Counted from the first letter of the stretch, positions 1-12,454 are shown. The stretch: 64,000 nucleotides of DNA from Pristiophorus japonicus (GCF_044704955.1 NC_091999.1:10354001-10418000), one strand, 5' to 3'. Notes: generated from the letters alone by a model not told the origin. A program made the numbers and translations.

Positions 1-1041
1 TTCGGGGGACACTTGACTCAGTGCCATTGGTATGTTAGGGCTAGTTTGTCCGGGGGGTTGCTGTTTTTCAAACGTAGCATCGTGCCCTTTTCTCTCCCAG
101 TGGAGAATTCCTCTGTCACGGGTGATAAATTCTAGCCGTATATCCTGCAGTTCTATCATCGCCCATGGTTGATAACCTGGTCGCTGTCTTTTCTCTTCTA
201 TGTCTAAGATCATTCCGCCCATGTCTTTAGGTTTTGCTGGGGGCTTTACAGCCAATGTCAGATGGGGTGTCGTATTTTCTTCTTTAAATCGTTTTTGTTG
301 TAACGGTGTTAGCTCCACGGCCACCCCCAACCCTTCAGATCCGAAATAAATGTGGGGAGTAGCTTCTATTACTTCGTTTTTATTTAAGAACGGTTGCACA
401 AAGCGCTGATAGTCTTCAGCCCTGTGTCGAGTATACCAGGCTGTACAGTGAAGCTGAACTGCCTCAAAGCTTGTTAAGATGATATACAATAACTCTTTAA
501 TATTAGGGTCAATTTTAATCTTTAAGTTTTCCACTGCCTCTTTTATCAGGGGGGAGTAGAAGTTGCCACTCAGTTGCCAACTATAAAGGGCAGCACTTTC
601 TTCATTCTTTTCCTCTTTCTCTCTTTCTATCCCATTAAAGAACTGATGAATGTTATTTGGAGGGATCTCCATAAACATCCCTTCCTTTGTGCAATATATT
701 GTGGCTCCTAGTTTGCACAAAGTCTGTCTTCCTAATAGAGGGAGAGGCGTTGTCTTAGAGACTATCAGGGTTTCGTCATTAACTTGTTGTCCTTCAATTG
801 TCAATTTAGTAGGTTCGGATAAAAAATCTTTCAAGGGGACGCCGGCCACACCCATGCTTAAAACAGTGGTGTTGCTTACGGGTAATCCCACAGAGGGCGG
901 TACAGAGGACATAGTGGCGCCGGTATCCACCAGGAACTTTACATAAGTGTTTCCTACTTTTAGTATTGCTAAGGGATTTTCTTCTATGTCCGTTGATAAG
1001 CGAAGAGTCGCTGCCTGTACCGTTATGCCTCTGGGGCATCC
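1..1041 (-). CDS. pol: ERV pro-pol (partial, runs off window): aspartic protease followed by 2H-phosphoesterase-like domain
   Basis: My translation is open for 347 codons in frame with gag after a single TAG (TAG GGA TGC CCC...). Protease motifs FLVDTGATMS (DTG 919-927) and LLGRQTLCKLG; then HCTAW (442-450) and PHLTLA (256-264). RT not yet reached at the window edge. Confidence 0.92.
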
Positions 1042-2745
1042 CTATGCTGATTGATACGGATTGGGGTTAGAAAAGGAAAATTGAGGGGCTGGTGGAGGTG
1101 GAGGTTCGGAAAAGTTCCCTTGCGACCCTCTATTCTGTTTGGGCGGGCATCTACAGTCGCGAGCCCAATGCCCTATTCTTCCACAATTTCTACACTCATC
1201 TTGAGAGCGATCTCGCTGTGACCACTGTCCTCTTCCTCTTCCTCCACCCCTAAATCCCCCTCGATTCTGCGCCTGCCCTCCGCCTCTCTGCTGGTAATAT
1301 TGACCTGTTGCTTTGGTTTTACTTACGTAATTGAACAATCCCTCCCTGTCCATGTTTGCCAAGACAGTGACTGTCTCTTTCCAGGTTTTTCCTTGCCAAT
1401 CTAAAACTTTAATTTTGTAGGTCTTTGCATGCTGTGGTAACATGCAGTTCAGCAGTGTTTGTACTGCTAAAGGTTCATTCGTATCTAAGGGTATTCCTGC
1501 ATACTCCTCCCAGCTATTTTTCCACCTGGCTGCGAAATCTATCATTGATTCTTCCGCTTTCTGCAAACAGCGAGTAACCTCCCCTATATCCCCATGTTGT
1601 CTAGCCCCTTGTAGAATTGCATTCCGTCCTCTATTCTGTAGCCAGTGTGTTAAAGATTCGTTTCCTTCATTTAGCAAATCATTATTAGCTCTCCAATCCC
1701 CTTCTTCTCCGGGCGGGATATGGAACATATCTTTTACTCCCTGCCAGGAAGATCCGTACGCTGCTTGTAATAATAGTTTAACATCCCCTGGTAGCGGATT
1801 ATAAATTGTACAGGTCTGCTCAAGCCAGTTATGAAATGCAACAGGTTTCTTTACCGGGTTTGGGGCTGCAGAGATCATATCTCTGGCCTCTCCCGGAGAC
1901 CAGGGTTTTAAAACCGCTGTGGTTCCTATCATTACTCGGGGATTTTGGAGGAGGAGGGTAGAGTCGGCTTCTGCCTGAGCTGGGGTTGTTTGTGACCTTA
2001 GGACCATACCAGCTCTCAGATTGGCTCCCCCTCCCTCTGCTGCTTCAGCCTCTGCTGCTCCAGCCCCTGCTCCCAATACCCCCGGGTTTCCTTCATCAGC
2101 TCCTCCATTAGGTGGTGGGGCCGGGAAGACAGCTAGTTCTCCCTGGGCTTGATCTCTATGGGCAATAACCATTTCTAAAATTTCCTGCCAGCTATTTCGC
2201 TTTGGGGGTTCTATGCGAGGAGAGAGTCCCACGGTTGGTGCTGAGGGGATAGGGAGGTTTGGAGGGCTATAAGAGGGAGGTTTTTCAGTTTCCCCCTTTT
2301 CTTTCTCTCCTGATTTATTCTCTGATATTTTTACTTTCGGAGGCTGATGTCTTTTTGCAACCTCTAGCCATTTAATAAAACATTCATCCATATAATCTTT
2401 GTCCCAAGTAGGGTCTCCTCCCCCTTCCTTAGTTATTTTCCTCCATTCTTCGATTAAAGACAATTTAAAACTTCCTCCATATGGCCAGTCCCCATCAGAC
2501 CAACCATATAAATCGCTACTAAACGTTACCGCGTATCGGTCATCTCCTGTTTCTTTAATTACAGTGTCCGCCGGCGAGCCGGGTGGCACAATTGGATCTC
2601 CTACCTTCTCTCGTTGCTTTACTACCTTACGAATCCTTTTTTCAGTTTTGCGCTGCATACTCATTCTTTTAGTTGGAGGGTCGGTTTTCTTCCCTTTTCT
2701 AGGAACTGGACGCAAGCATCCTGCTCGACTAGAGCTGTTTCCCAT
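1042..2745 (-). CDS. gag: ERV Gag polyprotein (~567 aa)
   Basis: ATG at 2745 gives MGNSSS (myristoylation-like); PPSY and PSAP late-domain motifs; MHR-like QKAEESMIDFAARW; single CCHC knuckle CRNCGRIGHWARDC; uninterrupted ORF. Confidence 0.95.
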   Translation of the reverse strand: MGNSSSRAGCLRPVPRKGKKTDPPTKRMSMQRKTEKRIRKVVKQREKVGDPIVPPGSPADTVIKETGDDRYAVTFSSDLYGWSDGDWPYGGSFKLSLIEEWRKITKEGGGDPTWDKDYMDECFIKWLEVAKRHQPPKVKISENKSGEKEKGETEKPPSYSPPNLPIPSAPTVGLSPRIEPPKRNSWQEILEMVIAHRDQAQGELAVFPAPPPNGGADEGNPGVLGAGAGAAEAEAAEGGGANLRAGMVLRSQTTPAQAEADSTLLLQNPRVMIGTTAVLKPWSPGEARDMISAAPNPVKKPVAFHNWLEQTCTIYNPLPGDVKLLLQAAYGSSWQGVKDMFHIPPGEEGDWRANNDLLNEGNESLTHWLQNRGRNAILQGARQHGDIGEVTRCLQKAEESMIDFAARWKNSWEEYAGIPLDTNEPLAVQTLLNCMLPQHAKTYKIKVLDWQGKTWKETVTVLANMDREGLFNYVSKTKATGQYYQQRGGGQAQNRGGFRGGGRGRGQWSQRDRSQDECRNCGRIGHWARDCRCPPKQNRGSQGNFSEPPPPPAPQFSFSNPNPYQSA

Positions 2746-3074
2746 TCTCTCCGGATGCAGTTTCTCGCGGTGTTTCCTGAAACGAGAGGTTAAGACACGC
2801 CCACAAAAATATATACACACACAGTATTTACAAAGCGCTCACCGGTGTCTCTTTTCGGCTCGGCTCGGGTCTCCTTTAGCTTTCTTGTTATTTTAGCTTC
2901 TTACGGTAGCTACCCTATGCCTCACCCTTCCGGGATCTAGGCGGCTTGCCCCCTTTTCTAGGACAGCCTAGGCACTTTCCCCCTTAAGCTGGGAAAATCC
3001 TTTTAAAATTCCTCTTTTTCTTTTAAGCCAATTTTTACTTTTAAACTTGTTCGTTTGGGATCTCGTTATCAGAG

Positions 3075-3092
3075 ATCCTGCCGACTACGCCA
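3075..3092 (-). promoter_or_regulatory. Retroviral primer binding site, tRNA-Ser
   Basis: Minus strand TGGCGTAGTCGGCAGGAT is complementary to the 3' end of vertebrate tRNA-Ser (...ATCCTGCCGACTACGCCA); 5 nt downstream of the LTR terminal CA. Confidence 0.88.
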
Positions 3093-3097
3093 GAAAC

Positions 3098-3638
3098 TGT
3101 CGAGGAAATTTCTAAGTTAAAGTAACTCAAGCGGAGATTTCAGAGTCTTGCTTCAAGAGATTCTTTTAATATGTACAGGCGAGATATCTCGGAGAGCTGC
3201 TTGGTCCTTACCAAGGCAATACTCTCAAATTCTATAGAAACTTGTTCCATCTTTATACAGAAAAAAAGGAATTTTATCTCTAATTGACACCTACATTATT
3301 CAGGAACATTACCAGTTCTAAACAGGGCACAAAGGTCAGTTTACACAGCCCAACAGTATCTTGTCACGTCATTATTCAATCTTTTCGAGGGTCAGCAAGA
3401 TCATCACTAAAAGCCCCTCTTATCAGAGAAATCAGTTTGTCCAGGCAATGGGGGTATCTTAACATATACAAATACCAGATGTACAGCTTTCATGTTATCT
3501 GTTCTTTTCTAACAAAGAAGAGACATCAAGTATTTTCTGGCCTTGCAGGATTCTGCAGTCTCAGCACAGAATTAAACTTACTAAAAGGAAGAGAGAAATT
3601 TAACCCCTTCCTATATCGTGAACTAAAGTTCTTCCACA
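3098..3638 (-). mobile_element. 5' LTR of the ERV (~541 bp)
   Basis: Termini TGTGGAAGAACTTT...AAATTTCCTCGACA (11/14 inverted repeat); TATAAA ~3252-3257 and ATTAAA ~3165-3170 on minus strand; abuts PBS. Far boundary inferred because the 3' LTR is outside the window. Confidence 0.75.
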
Positions 3639-3864
3639 ACAGTGATCGGTTAAAACTAGGTGCTGAATTCAGCGATGGGAACGAGAACAAAACTGGAAGG
3701 AAAAGTATAACATTAATGAGCTGAAATGTGAAATCAAAAGGAATTTTATCCTAATTTATATTGAATAATATAATTGCGGATTGACCACTGTCCTTTAACT
3801 GAACTGGCCGTTTTCGGAACCGATTTGACTGTTACCCAATCAATTCACACTTTGCTCAGAGAGG

Positions 3865-4165
3865 AGAAGTTGTACGAGAGCGGGACTTTTCCCCATACTC
3901 TGGCACTCAGCACAGCAATAGGTTCCGGTATCCACAAACTCCGCATGGCCGAAGCCCAGTGTGCTCAGACTTTGATCCCGGTTGGTACGGATCTTAAACC
4001 GGATTTGATCGCGTTCTGATTTGAATCCACAATGCATGTATCTCGGGGCCGTGCTCACTAGCCGGCTGTACCAACAGATGTTGTCGGTCTTGCTCAACCC
4101 ACGCTGGATTCTGACAGGATTTCCTTCCACTGCCAAGTCTCAGGCAGGTAGAGAATCTTGGCCAA
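3865..4165 (-). pseudogene. Degenerate TCR V segment with decayed RSS
   Basis: AVEGNPVRIQR..CWY..APRY..STLGFGHAEFVDTGTYCCA; first Cys lost, upstream stop; CAGAGTA-22-ACAACTTCT. Confidence 0.75.
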
Positions 4166-4907
4166 ACTCGGTGCAACTTTCGACAAAATGTAATAATTAC
4201 CTGGAATGTACTGCATAGAAACAGCTCATAGAATCAGAGACCAATTGGGAAATAGAGAAGAGAAAGAGTTAAAGAAATTTCGAAACGAACAGGGTTCGAA
4301 ACATAGGTGGAGGAAAAGAAAGTGAAAGTACGAAAGAAAGAATGCGAAAGACAAAGAGACAAAGCCCTGCAATAATGAGAGTGTAGAGGACAGCAAATGA
4401 GAAAAGGGGAAAGAGAAGTGAAAGAAGGTGACAAGTAATGAGAAAAGACAACACTAACGGGTAAAACATGTTCTTTCCTTTATATTCCCTCACATTTCAG
4501 TTCCGCCTATTTAGACAGTTGAATTGTCTGAAACAATAGTCTCAAATAATAGGCCGCTGGAAACCACCCAATCGATGAACTCACACTTTACTCTGCCCAT
4601 TATCTGGACTGTGTGAAATCCTCAGATTCACCATCAGAGGGCGCCGGGGACACATGTTTCTCTCCATTATCTCCCGGAAATTCCAGAAACAAATCTTGCT
4701 GTAACACTGTCCAAGGCAGCCCCGCCCACAGCTTCCATTTTCCGCTCTCGCTCAAACCCACGTTGCCAGCCTTGTGTTATTGGAGAGATTGCTAAAGCAG
4801 CTCCCTGTTTGCATTGGTTGGATCAGCTTTGCAGTGGCGCGGGGATCTATAATTCTGCTCCCACAGAGGATTTCCCGGACTGCAGAGTTACAGACGGAGG
4901 GAGCATT

Positions 4908-5450
4908 ATGCGGAACCGCCTCACAGCACTCCTCATCATTATATCACTTCTCAGTAAGTCTTTCCTTGTCATTAAAAATCAATTTTCACCTGGACTGCTG
5001 TAACTCAGCTGTTATTATTGGTAAAATGATGTTGATGATTATGTTGATTGGGATTATGGTGATGTTGATGATGAAGATGGTGATGATTACAATTATTTTA
5101 TGTTAGAATGGAGCCACCAAGACACAATGGAATAGCTGGTCCCTGAAATGACCATTGAAGAGGAAAGTAATGTCACACTAACCTGCAACTTGAAAACAGG
5201 CGATACTGCCCCTTATGTGTACTGGTACAGTCAGCACCCCGGGAAGCAGCCATAGTACGTGCATCACCTTATCGGTGGGGATGTATACAGGAACACTAAC
5301 ATCACTGATGGATTTTTCTCTACGTTTACTAAAATTACCAAGATTACCGTGCTCACGATCGGCAAAGCCCTGATCTCCGACACTGCCGTATATTTCTGTG
5401 CGATGGAACCCACACTGCTACAGAGTTATTGTGGATCCCTTACAAAAACC
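4908..5450 (+). pseudogene. TCR alpha/delta V pseudogene (leader 4908-4953, V exon 5107-5410, RSS 5411-5450)
   Basis: Leader MRNRLTALLIIISLL/GTAAG; VTLTC..YWYSQHPGKQP..DTAVYFCAMEP; two in-frame TAG; CACACTG-24-ACAAAAACC. Confidence 0.93.
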
Positions 5451-5837
5451 CACACTGAGAGTTCCAGTTGCTGCGAACCAGAGGGCGCTCTCATACCGAT
5501 AATTAGAAGCAATAATTCAGACTGCTCTGTCAGTATCACAGGGAGATACTTTAAAGGCGACAAAACTAAACCAACGACGAGTCTGCCCTTCTGCTTCTCT
5601 CTGCATGACAGCGTCGGAGTGACACAATCTCCATGATTTAGGTCTTAAAATACATGTTCCATCGGGGAAAGAACAAACCATCGAGTGTTTGCAATTCAGA
5701 ACCTAAAAATGTTGCAAATTAGAGAAAAGAGGAAACGTGTTTCATGCAGAATCATCAGTGCCATCGATTTACCAATAATAACACTTGGGTCACAACAGCC
5801 CGGGGGTGGATGGTTTTTTCTGGGAATGCAATATCAC

Positions 5838-5883
5838 TGCGAAGTTATATAATGATGAGGAACGGTGCGAGACGGTTCCGCAT
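5838..5883 (-). pseudogene. Orphan inverted copy of the 4908 V leader exon
   Basis: ATG CGG AAC CGT CTC GCA CCG TTC CTC ATC ATT ATA TAA..., with similar promoter and intron flanks; no V exon seen. Confidence 0.75.
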
Positions 5884-6169
5884 GATGCCCCTGAGTCTGG
5901 ATTTCTGCAGTCTGCGAAATTCATATTCGGAGCAGAAATACAGATGTTCGCCCAACTGCAGTGTTAATCCAACCAATGTCAAACAAGAAATGGCGGGAGC
6001 AATATCTCCAGTAATTCAGGGCAGGCCTGGTGGGTCAGAGTGTATGGAGCAAATGTAAGCTGTGAGTGGAGCTGGTAAAGTGGGAGGAAGAATAAATAAA
6101 TAGTCACCTGACCCCTTCGTCTGATCCATCTGCACCTCATCTCATCGCATTTTGCTGAAACATGTCAGT

Positions 6170-7155
6170 CATAGAAACATAAAACATAGAAGCAGAGAAA
6201 ATAGATGCAGGAGTAGGCCATTCGACCCTTCGAACCTGCACCGCCATTCAATGAGTTCATGGCTGAACATGCAACTTCATTGCCCCATTCCTGCTTTCTT
6301 GCCATACCCCTTGATCCCCCTAGTAGTAAGGACTACATCGAAGTCCTTTTTGAATATATTCAGTGAATTGGCGTCAACAAATTCTACAGGTTCACCACGC
6401 TCTGGATGAAGAAGTTTCTCCTCATCTCGGTCCTAAATGATTTACCCCTTATACTTCGACTGGGGCCCCTGGTTCTGGACTTCCTCAACATTGGGGACAT
6501 TCTTCCTGCATCTAACCTGTGTAAACCCGTCAGAATTTTAAACGTTTCTATGAGATCCCCTCTCATTCTGCTGAACCCCAGTGAATACAAGCCCAGTTGA
6601 TCCAGTCTTTCTTGATATGTCAGTCCCGCCATCCCGGGAATCAGTCTGGTGAACCTTCGCTGCACTCCCCCAATAGCAAGAAAGTCCTTCCTCAAGTTAG
6701 GAGACCAAAACTGTACACAAATACTCCAGGTGTGGCCTTACCAAGGCCCTGTACAACTGTAGTAACACCTCACTCACCTAAACTCAAATCCCCTCGCTAT
6801 GAAGGCCAACATGCCATTTGCTTTCTCAACTACAGCTGTACTTGCATGCCAACCTTCAATGGTTGATGTACCATGAAACCCAGATCTCGTTGCACGTCCC
6901 CTTTTCCTAATCTGTCACAATTCAGATAATAGTCTGTCTCTCTGTTTTTACCACCAAAGTGGATAACCTCACATTTATCCACATTATACTTCATCAGCCA
7001 TGAATTTACCCACTCACTTAACCTATCCAAGTCACTCTGCAGCCTCATAGCATTCTCCTCGCAGCTCACACTGCCACTCAACTTAGTGTCATCCACAAAT
7101 TTGGAGATACTACATTTAATCCCCTCGTCTAAATCATTAACGTGCAATGTAAACA
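6170..7155 (-). mobile_element. 5'-truncated CR1 LINE
   Basis: RT C-terminal KFVDDTKL, VQRRFTRLIPG; (CATAGAAA)n tail at ~6170. Confidence 0.9.
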
Positions 7156-7789
7156 TTAATCCCAATTTCATTCATATAACAGGTGGCGTTTTTATAATTT
7201 ACCATATCGTTGTGTTCGAATACCCTGGGACCAGCTTGCTGTCTATATTAACCTTTATATCACCAGTGGTTAGAACTAATGGTCAGTGAGCAGCTCCTGT
7301 AGTTAGAGCCCTTTCTGATACGTGTACAAAAGTAACTGTTTCCCTTTCCTGCCCCAAATTGATAGATTGCACCAGTTTAAAGAATTGAGACCCCATTGCA
7401 TCTGAAAACAGTGAGCGATTTGCTGTCGAAACAACGTGAAATTTATATTTCTATCCGTTCAAGGACCTGTACTCATCAGTTCAAGGCGGCAGCAAATAGA
7501 TTGCACCGAGGGAATGTGGCTGTGCTGATTGTGTCCAGAAAGGGAAGCAAGATATAAAAAACAACCTATGCCTCAGGAATGAGTGGGTGCAGCTTGTTAT
7601 ATGATCTTGTGGAATTGTCTGACGGATTGTTAAAAGTGTTGGCGCATTGCTGAGACGTAAGGAATCCAATTCTGGAATAGTTTGCATCGAGTCTGTTCCT
7701 CATTCATCTCAAAATATTGACAACTGAACATACATCAATATCCTCCTCAAGATATCAATCATTGTGTGCCCGTCTGTGTTTATTCTGGT

Positions 7790-8050
7790 ATGTGTGACTG
7801 TGTGTGTTTGAGCGTGTGTCTATCTATTTTTCTCTGTTTCTGTGCATTTCTGAGTGTGAGTGTGTGTGTGTATGCCTATGAGTGTGTGCGGTAGAGAGAG
7901 AATGTGGTTGTGTGTTTGAGTGTATGAATGGGTGTGCATGTGTACCTGTCTGTGTTTGCATGTGTGTGTATGTCTGTGTGAATGAGTTTGTGTGTGTGTC
8001 TGCGTGTGTGTGTGTGTTTGAATGTTCCTGTGGCTGTGCCTGTGGTAATG
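7790..8050. repeat. Degenerate (GT)n microsatellite
   Basis: Visible GT-rich low-complexity tract. Confidence 0.85.
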
Positions 8051-8294
8051 TGTTTTTTCCTCCAATGCTCTGCATGATGCTTGTATTTGACAGAAGGGTG
8101 CGCGTCTGATCACTTGTTAAAGAACTTGCATCTCAAGCAAAGTCCAAGTAAATATACGTCAATAAGATCCAAATATGTCAAACATTGTGTGTATTTTTGT
8201 TAATGTTGGTATGTGTGTGTAACCTATATTTTTATGACTGCAACTATTAATGGGACGCATTGACGGCAGGAATGTCTTCACTTATTACCTTAAA

Positions 8295-11200
8295 AAAATA
8301 GAAACATAGAAAATAGGTGCAGGAGCAGATTATTCGGCCCTTCGAGCCTACTCCGCCTTTCAATATGATCATGGCTGATCATTCAGCCACTGTACCCCAC
8401 CCCAGCCTTCTCTCCATACGCCCTGATCCATTTAGCTGTAAGGATCTAATTCCCTTTTGAATAGGTCCAATGAACTGGACTCAACAAACAACTGTGGCAG
8501 AGAATTCCACAGGTTCACAACTCTTTCGATTAAACAGTTTCTCCTCATCTCGTCATATGTGGCTTACCCCTTATCCTTAGACTGTGTGCACTAGTTCTGG
8601 ACTTCCCCAACATCCGGAACATTCTTCCTGCATCTAACCTCTCCACTTCTGTCAGAATTCTTTATGTTTATAAATTCCAGTGAGTATAAGCCTAGCCGAT
8701 CCAATCTTTCCTCATATGTTAGCCATCCCGGGAATCAGTTTGGTTAATCTTCGCTGCACTCCCTCAAAGGCAAGCACGTCCTTCCTCAGATTAGGAGACC
8801 AAAACTGCTCACAATACTCAAGGTGTGGCCCCACCAATGCCCTGTACAACTTCAGTAAGACCTCCCTGGTCATATACTCAAATCCTCTCGCTATGAAGGC
8901 CAGTATGCCATTTTCTTTCTTCACCGCCTGCTGTACCTGCATGCCTAACTTCAATGACTGAAGTACCATGGCACCCAGGTCTAGTTGCATCTCCCCTTTT
9001 ACTAATCTGTCACCATTCAGATAATAATCTGCCTTCAATTTTTTCCCATTAAAGTGCATAACCTCACATTTATCCGCATTATACTGCATCCACCATGCAT
9101 TTGCCCAATAATCGAAACTGACCAAATGCCCCTGCAGCTTCTTAGCTTTCTCCTCGCAGCTCGCACTGCCACTCAACTTAGTTTCATCTGAAAACGTGGA
9201 GATATTACATTCAATTCCTTCGTGCATTCATTAATGCATTTTGTAATAGCTGGGCTCCCATCACTGAAACCTGCGGCCCCCCACTATGCACTGCCTGCCA
9301 TTCTGGCAAGGACCTGTTTATTCCCACTCTTTGCTTCCTGTCTGCCAACCATTTCTGTATCCACGTCAATACATTATCACCAATACCATGTGCCTTAATT
9401 TTGCACACTACTCTTTTGTGTGGGGCTTTGTCAAAAACCTTTTGAAATTCCAAATACACCACATCTACGGATTCTCCCTTATCTACTCAACTAGTTACAT
9501 CCTCAAAAATCTCTACAAAATTTGTCAAGCATGTTTTCCTTTTCATAAATCCATGCTGTCTTGGACAAATCCTGTCACTGCTTTCCAAATTCGCTGCTAT
9601 TACATCTTTAATAATTGACTGCAGCATTTTCCCCACCACCGATGTCATGTTATCTGGTCTATAATTCCCTATTTTCTCTCTCCCTCCTTTTTTAAAAAGT
9701 GAGGTTACATTAGCTACCCTGCAATCCATTGGAACTGATCCAGACTCCATGGAATATTGCAAAATGCATTTACTATTTCTAGGACAACTTCCTTAAGTAC
9801 ACTGATGCACACTATCAGGCCCCGGGGAATTTATTGCCCTTCAGTCCCTTCAATTTCCCTAACTCCATTTCCGGTATAATAAAGATTTCCCTCAATTCCC
9901 CCTCTCGCTAGACCCTCGGTCCCCGAGTATTTTCGGGGCATTATTCGTTCTTTCATTAGTGAAGACCGAAACAATGTAATTGTTTAATTGGTCTGCCATT
10001 TCCTTGTTTCCCATTATGAAGTCATGTGATTCTGACCGCAAGGCACCCTCATTGGTCTTTACTAAACTTTTTCTCTTCACATATCTTTTGACGCTTTTGC
10101 AGTCAATTTTATGTTCCCTGCAAGCTTACACAATTTTCCCCCTCCGAATTAAACCGTTAGTCCTCCTCTGCTGAATTGTAAATTTTTCCCAGTCATCAGG
10201 TTTGCTGCTTTTTCTGGCCAATTTATATGCCTCTTCCTTGCATTGAACACTTTCCCTAATTTCTCTTGTTAGCAACGTTTGAGACATCTTCCCCGTTTTA
10301 TTTTTACTCCAGACATGGAAGTAAAATTGTTGTAGTTCTTCCATGTGATCTTTAAATGTCGGCCATTGCCTATCCAGCTTTAAATATCATTCGCCAGTCT
10401 ATCGTAGCCAATTTGCGTCTCATACCGTCGAAGTTTCCATTGTTTAATTTCAGGCCACTATTCTCTGAATTACCTGTGTCAGTCTCCATCTCAATGAAGA
10501 ATTCTACCATTTTATGGGCACTCATCCCCAAGGGCCCTTGCACGATCAAATTGTTAATTAATCCTCTCTCGTTACACAAGACCCAGTCGAGATGGGCTGC
10601 TCGCTGGTTGGTTCCTCAACATAATTTTCTAGAAAAACATGTCTTATACACTCCAGGAACTCCTCCTCCACAATATTGCTACCAGTTTGGTTACCCCAAG
10701 ATTAAGGTCACCCATGATAGCTGCTGTATCCTTATTGCACACGTCCCAAATTTCCTGTTCCATGCTGACCCCAATCTCCCTTCTACTGTTTGGTTGTCTG
10801 TACACAACTTCCACGAACGTTTTCTGCCATTTGGTATTTCGCAGCTCTACCCATATAGATTCCACATCATCCCTGCTAATGACCTTCCTTACTATTGCGT
10901 TAATTTCATCTTTAACCAGTAACGCACCCGCCCCCCACTCCTTTTCCTTCTTGTCTAACCTTCCTGATTATTGAATACCCCTGGATGTTGATTTCCCAAC
11001 CTTTTTTACCCTAGAGCCATGTCTCCGTAACCCCAATTACATCATATCCGTTAACAGCTATCTGCGCAGTTAATTCATCCACCGTATTACGAATGCTCCT
11101 CGCATTGAGACTCAGAGCCTTCAGGCTTGTTTTTTTAACAATCTTTGTCCTTTTAGAATTATGTTGTAATCTGGCCATTTATGCTTTTTGACCTTGATTT

Positions 11201-11700
11201 GATTGCTTTCCACTCTTGTTTTTCTCCTTCCTACCTTTTGCTTCTGCACGCTTTTGACTTCCCTCTGCCTCCCTGCATTGATTCCCATCCCCCTGCCATT
11301 TTAGTTTAACCCTCCCCAACAGCACTATCGAACATTCCAGCGAGGACATCGGTTCCAGTCCTGCCCAGGTGCAGACTGTCAGGTTTGTACTGGTCCCACC
11401 TCCCCCAGAACTGGTTCCAATGTCGCAGGAATTTGAATACCTCACCGTTGCACCCTTCCTCAAGCCACATATTCTTCTGAGCTATCCTGCGATTTCTACG
11501 CTGACGAGCACATGGCACTGGTAGCAATCCTGAGATTACTTCCTTTGAGGTCATACTATTAAATTTATCTCCTAGCTCCCAAAATTCAGCTGATCCCGTT
11601 TGTTATCTATATGGTTGGCACCTATATGCACCACGACAGCTGGCTGTACACCCTCCCCTCCAGAATGCGCTGCATCCGCTCCGAGACATCCTTGACCCTT
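8295..11700 (-). mobile_element. Decayed CR1 LINE (ORF1 esterase remnant, endonuclease, RT)
   Basis: VVVHIGAN (ORF1), ESIWVELRN..VYRQPN (EN), YLEFQKVFDKAPH and PHLEYCEQFWSP (RT); many frameshifts. Confidence 0.9.
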
Positions 11701-11979
11701 GCACCATATTGAGAGCGCGGCAGAGATAGAATGCATGTAAAAGACATAGAGAAGGAGACCGAGAACGTGGTGGGGAGAGAGATCCTGCAGCAATTGGTCA
11801 CAACTAACATTCATTGGTGCAAAGCTGAATACAGTTCTGAGAGACCAGACAAGCCTTTCCGTGGGAAACACCACTCAATTTGTCAATAAGTGAAGCCTGT
11901 CCTGATTTGGGTTTAATCTTCAATATCGCACATATTTAGAACATTCTATTATTTTTTGTCGGATTCTAAACCAGACACC

Positions 11980-12454
11980 ATGTACTCCCCATGTCCTTAT
12001 TGATAATAATGGTCGTACTGTCCGGTGAGTCTATGTTTAAATGACCAGTGTATGTTTCATGCTTTAAATTTACTCCCAGACTTAGGCCGCATTCTGTATT
12101 TTGTAACAGGAATGAATGACGAAGATTCAGTGTCCCAGGATCCGTCAGAATTAACGGTTCAGGAAGGACAGGCCATAATACTCAACTGCAGTTACTCCAC
12201 ATCCGAACCTATCCTTACCTCTTCTAGTATATCCATCATCCCGGGAAGACTCCGAGATATTTACTGAAGAGATACGGCAAGCGGCAGCGGGATCAGTCTC
12301 CAGATCTTCCAGACCGGATCTGTGATGATTGGGACCAAGACAAGAAATCGGTTTCATTAAATGTCTCCGGGTCTTTCCTCTCTGAACCCGCCGTATATTA
12401 ATGTGTGCTGCGCCCCACACTGTTACAGAGATACAGTCAGCTCGTACAAAAAAA
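11980..12454 (+). pseudogene. TCR V pseudogene (leader 11980-12024, V exon 12111-12415, RSS 12416-12454)
   Basis: EDSVSQDPSELTVQEGQAIILNCSYS; frameshifts, conserved W replaced by TAG; CACACTG-23-ACAAAAAAA. Confidence 0.9.

Noticed and set aside
2746-2820. N-terminal Gag extension from GTG (glyco-gag-like)
   Set aside because: Only 25 codons, no hydrophobic anchor; MGNSS is the natural start.
650-2896. Plus-strand ORFs antisense to gag/pol
   Set aside because: Shadow ORFs with no recognisable motifs.
3098-4185. Longer LTR (TGTCGA...TCGACA) that would place an Ig-V-like ORF (3840-4136) inside U3 as a captured gene
   Set aside because: A longer inverted-repeat match (11/14) ends at 3638, and the V has a stop, a lost Cys and a decayed RSS like a host pseudogene. 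Comparison with the 3' LTR would settle it.
7820-8113. His/Thr or Cys/Val-rich ORFs
   Set aside because: Translation of a GT microsatellite.
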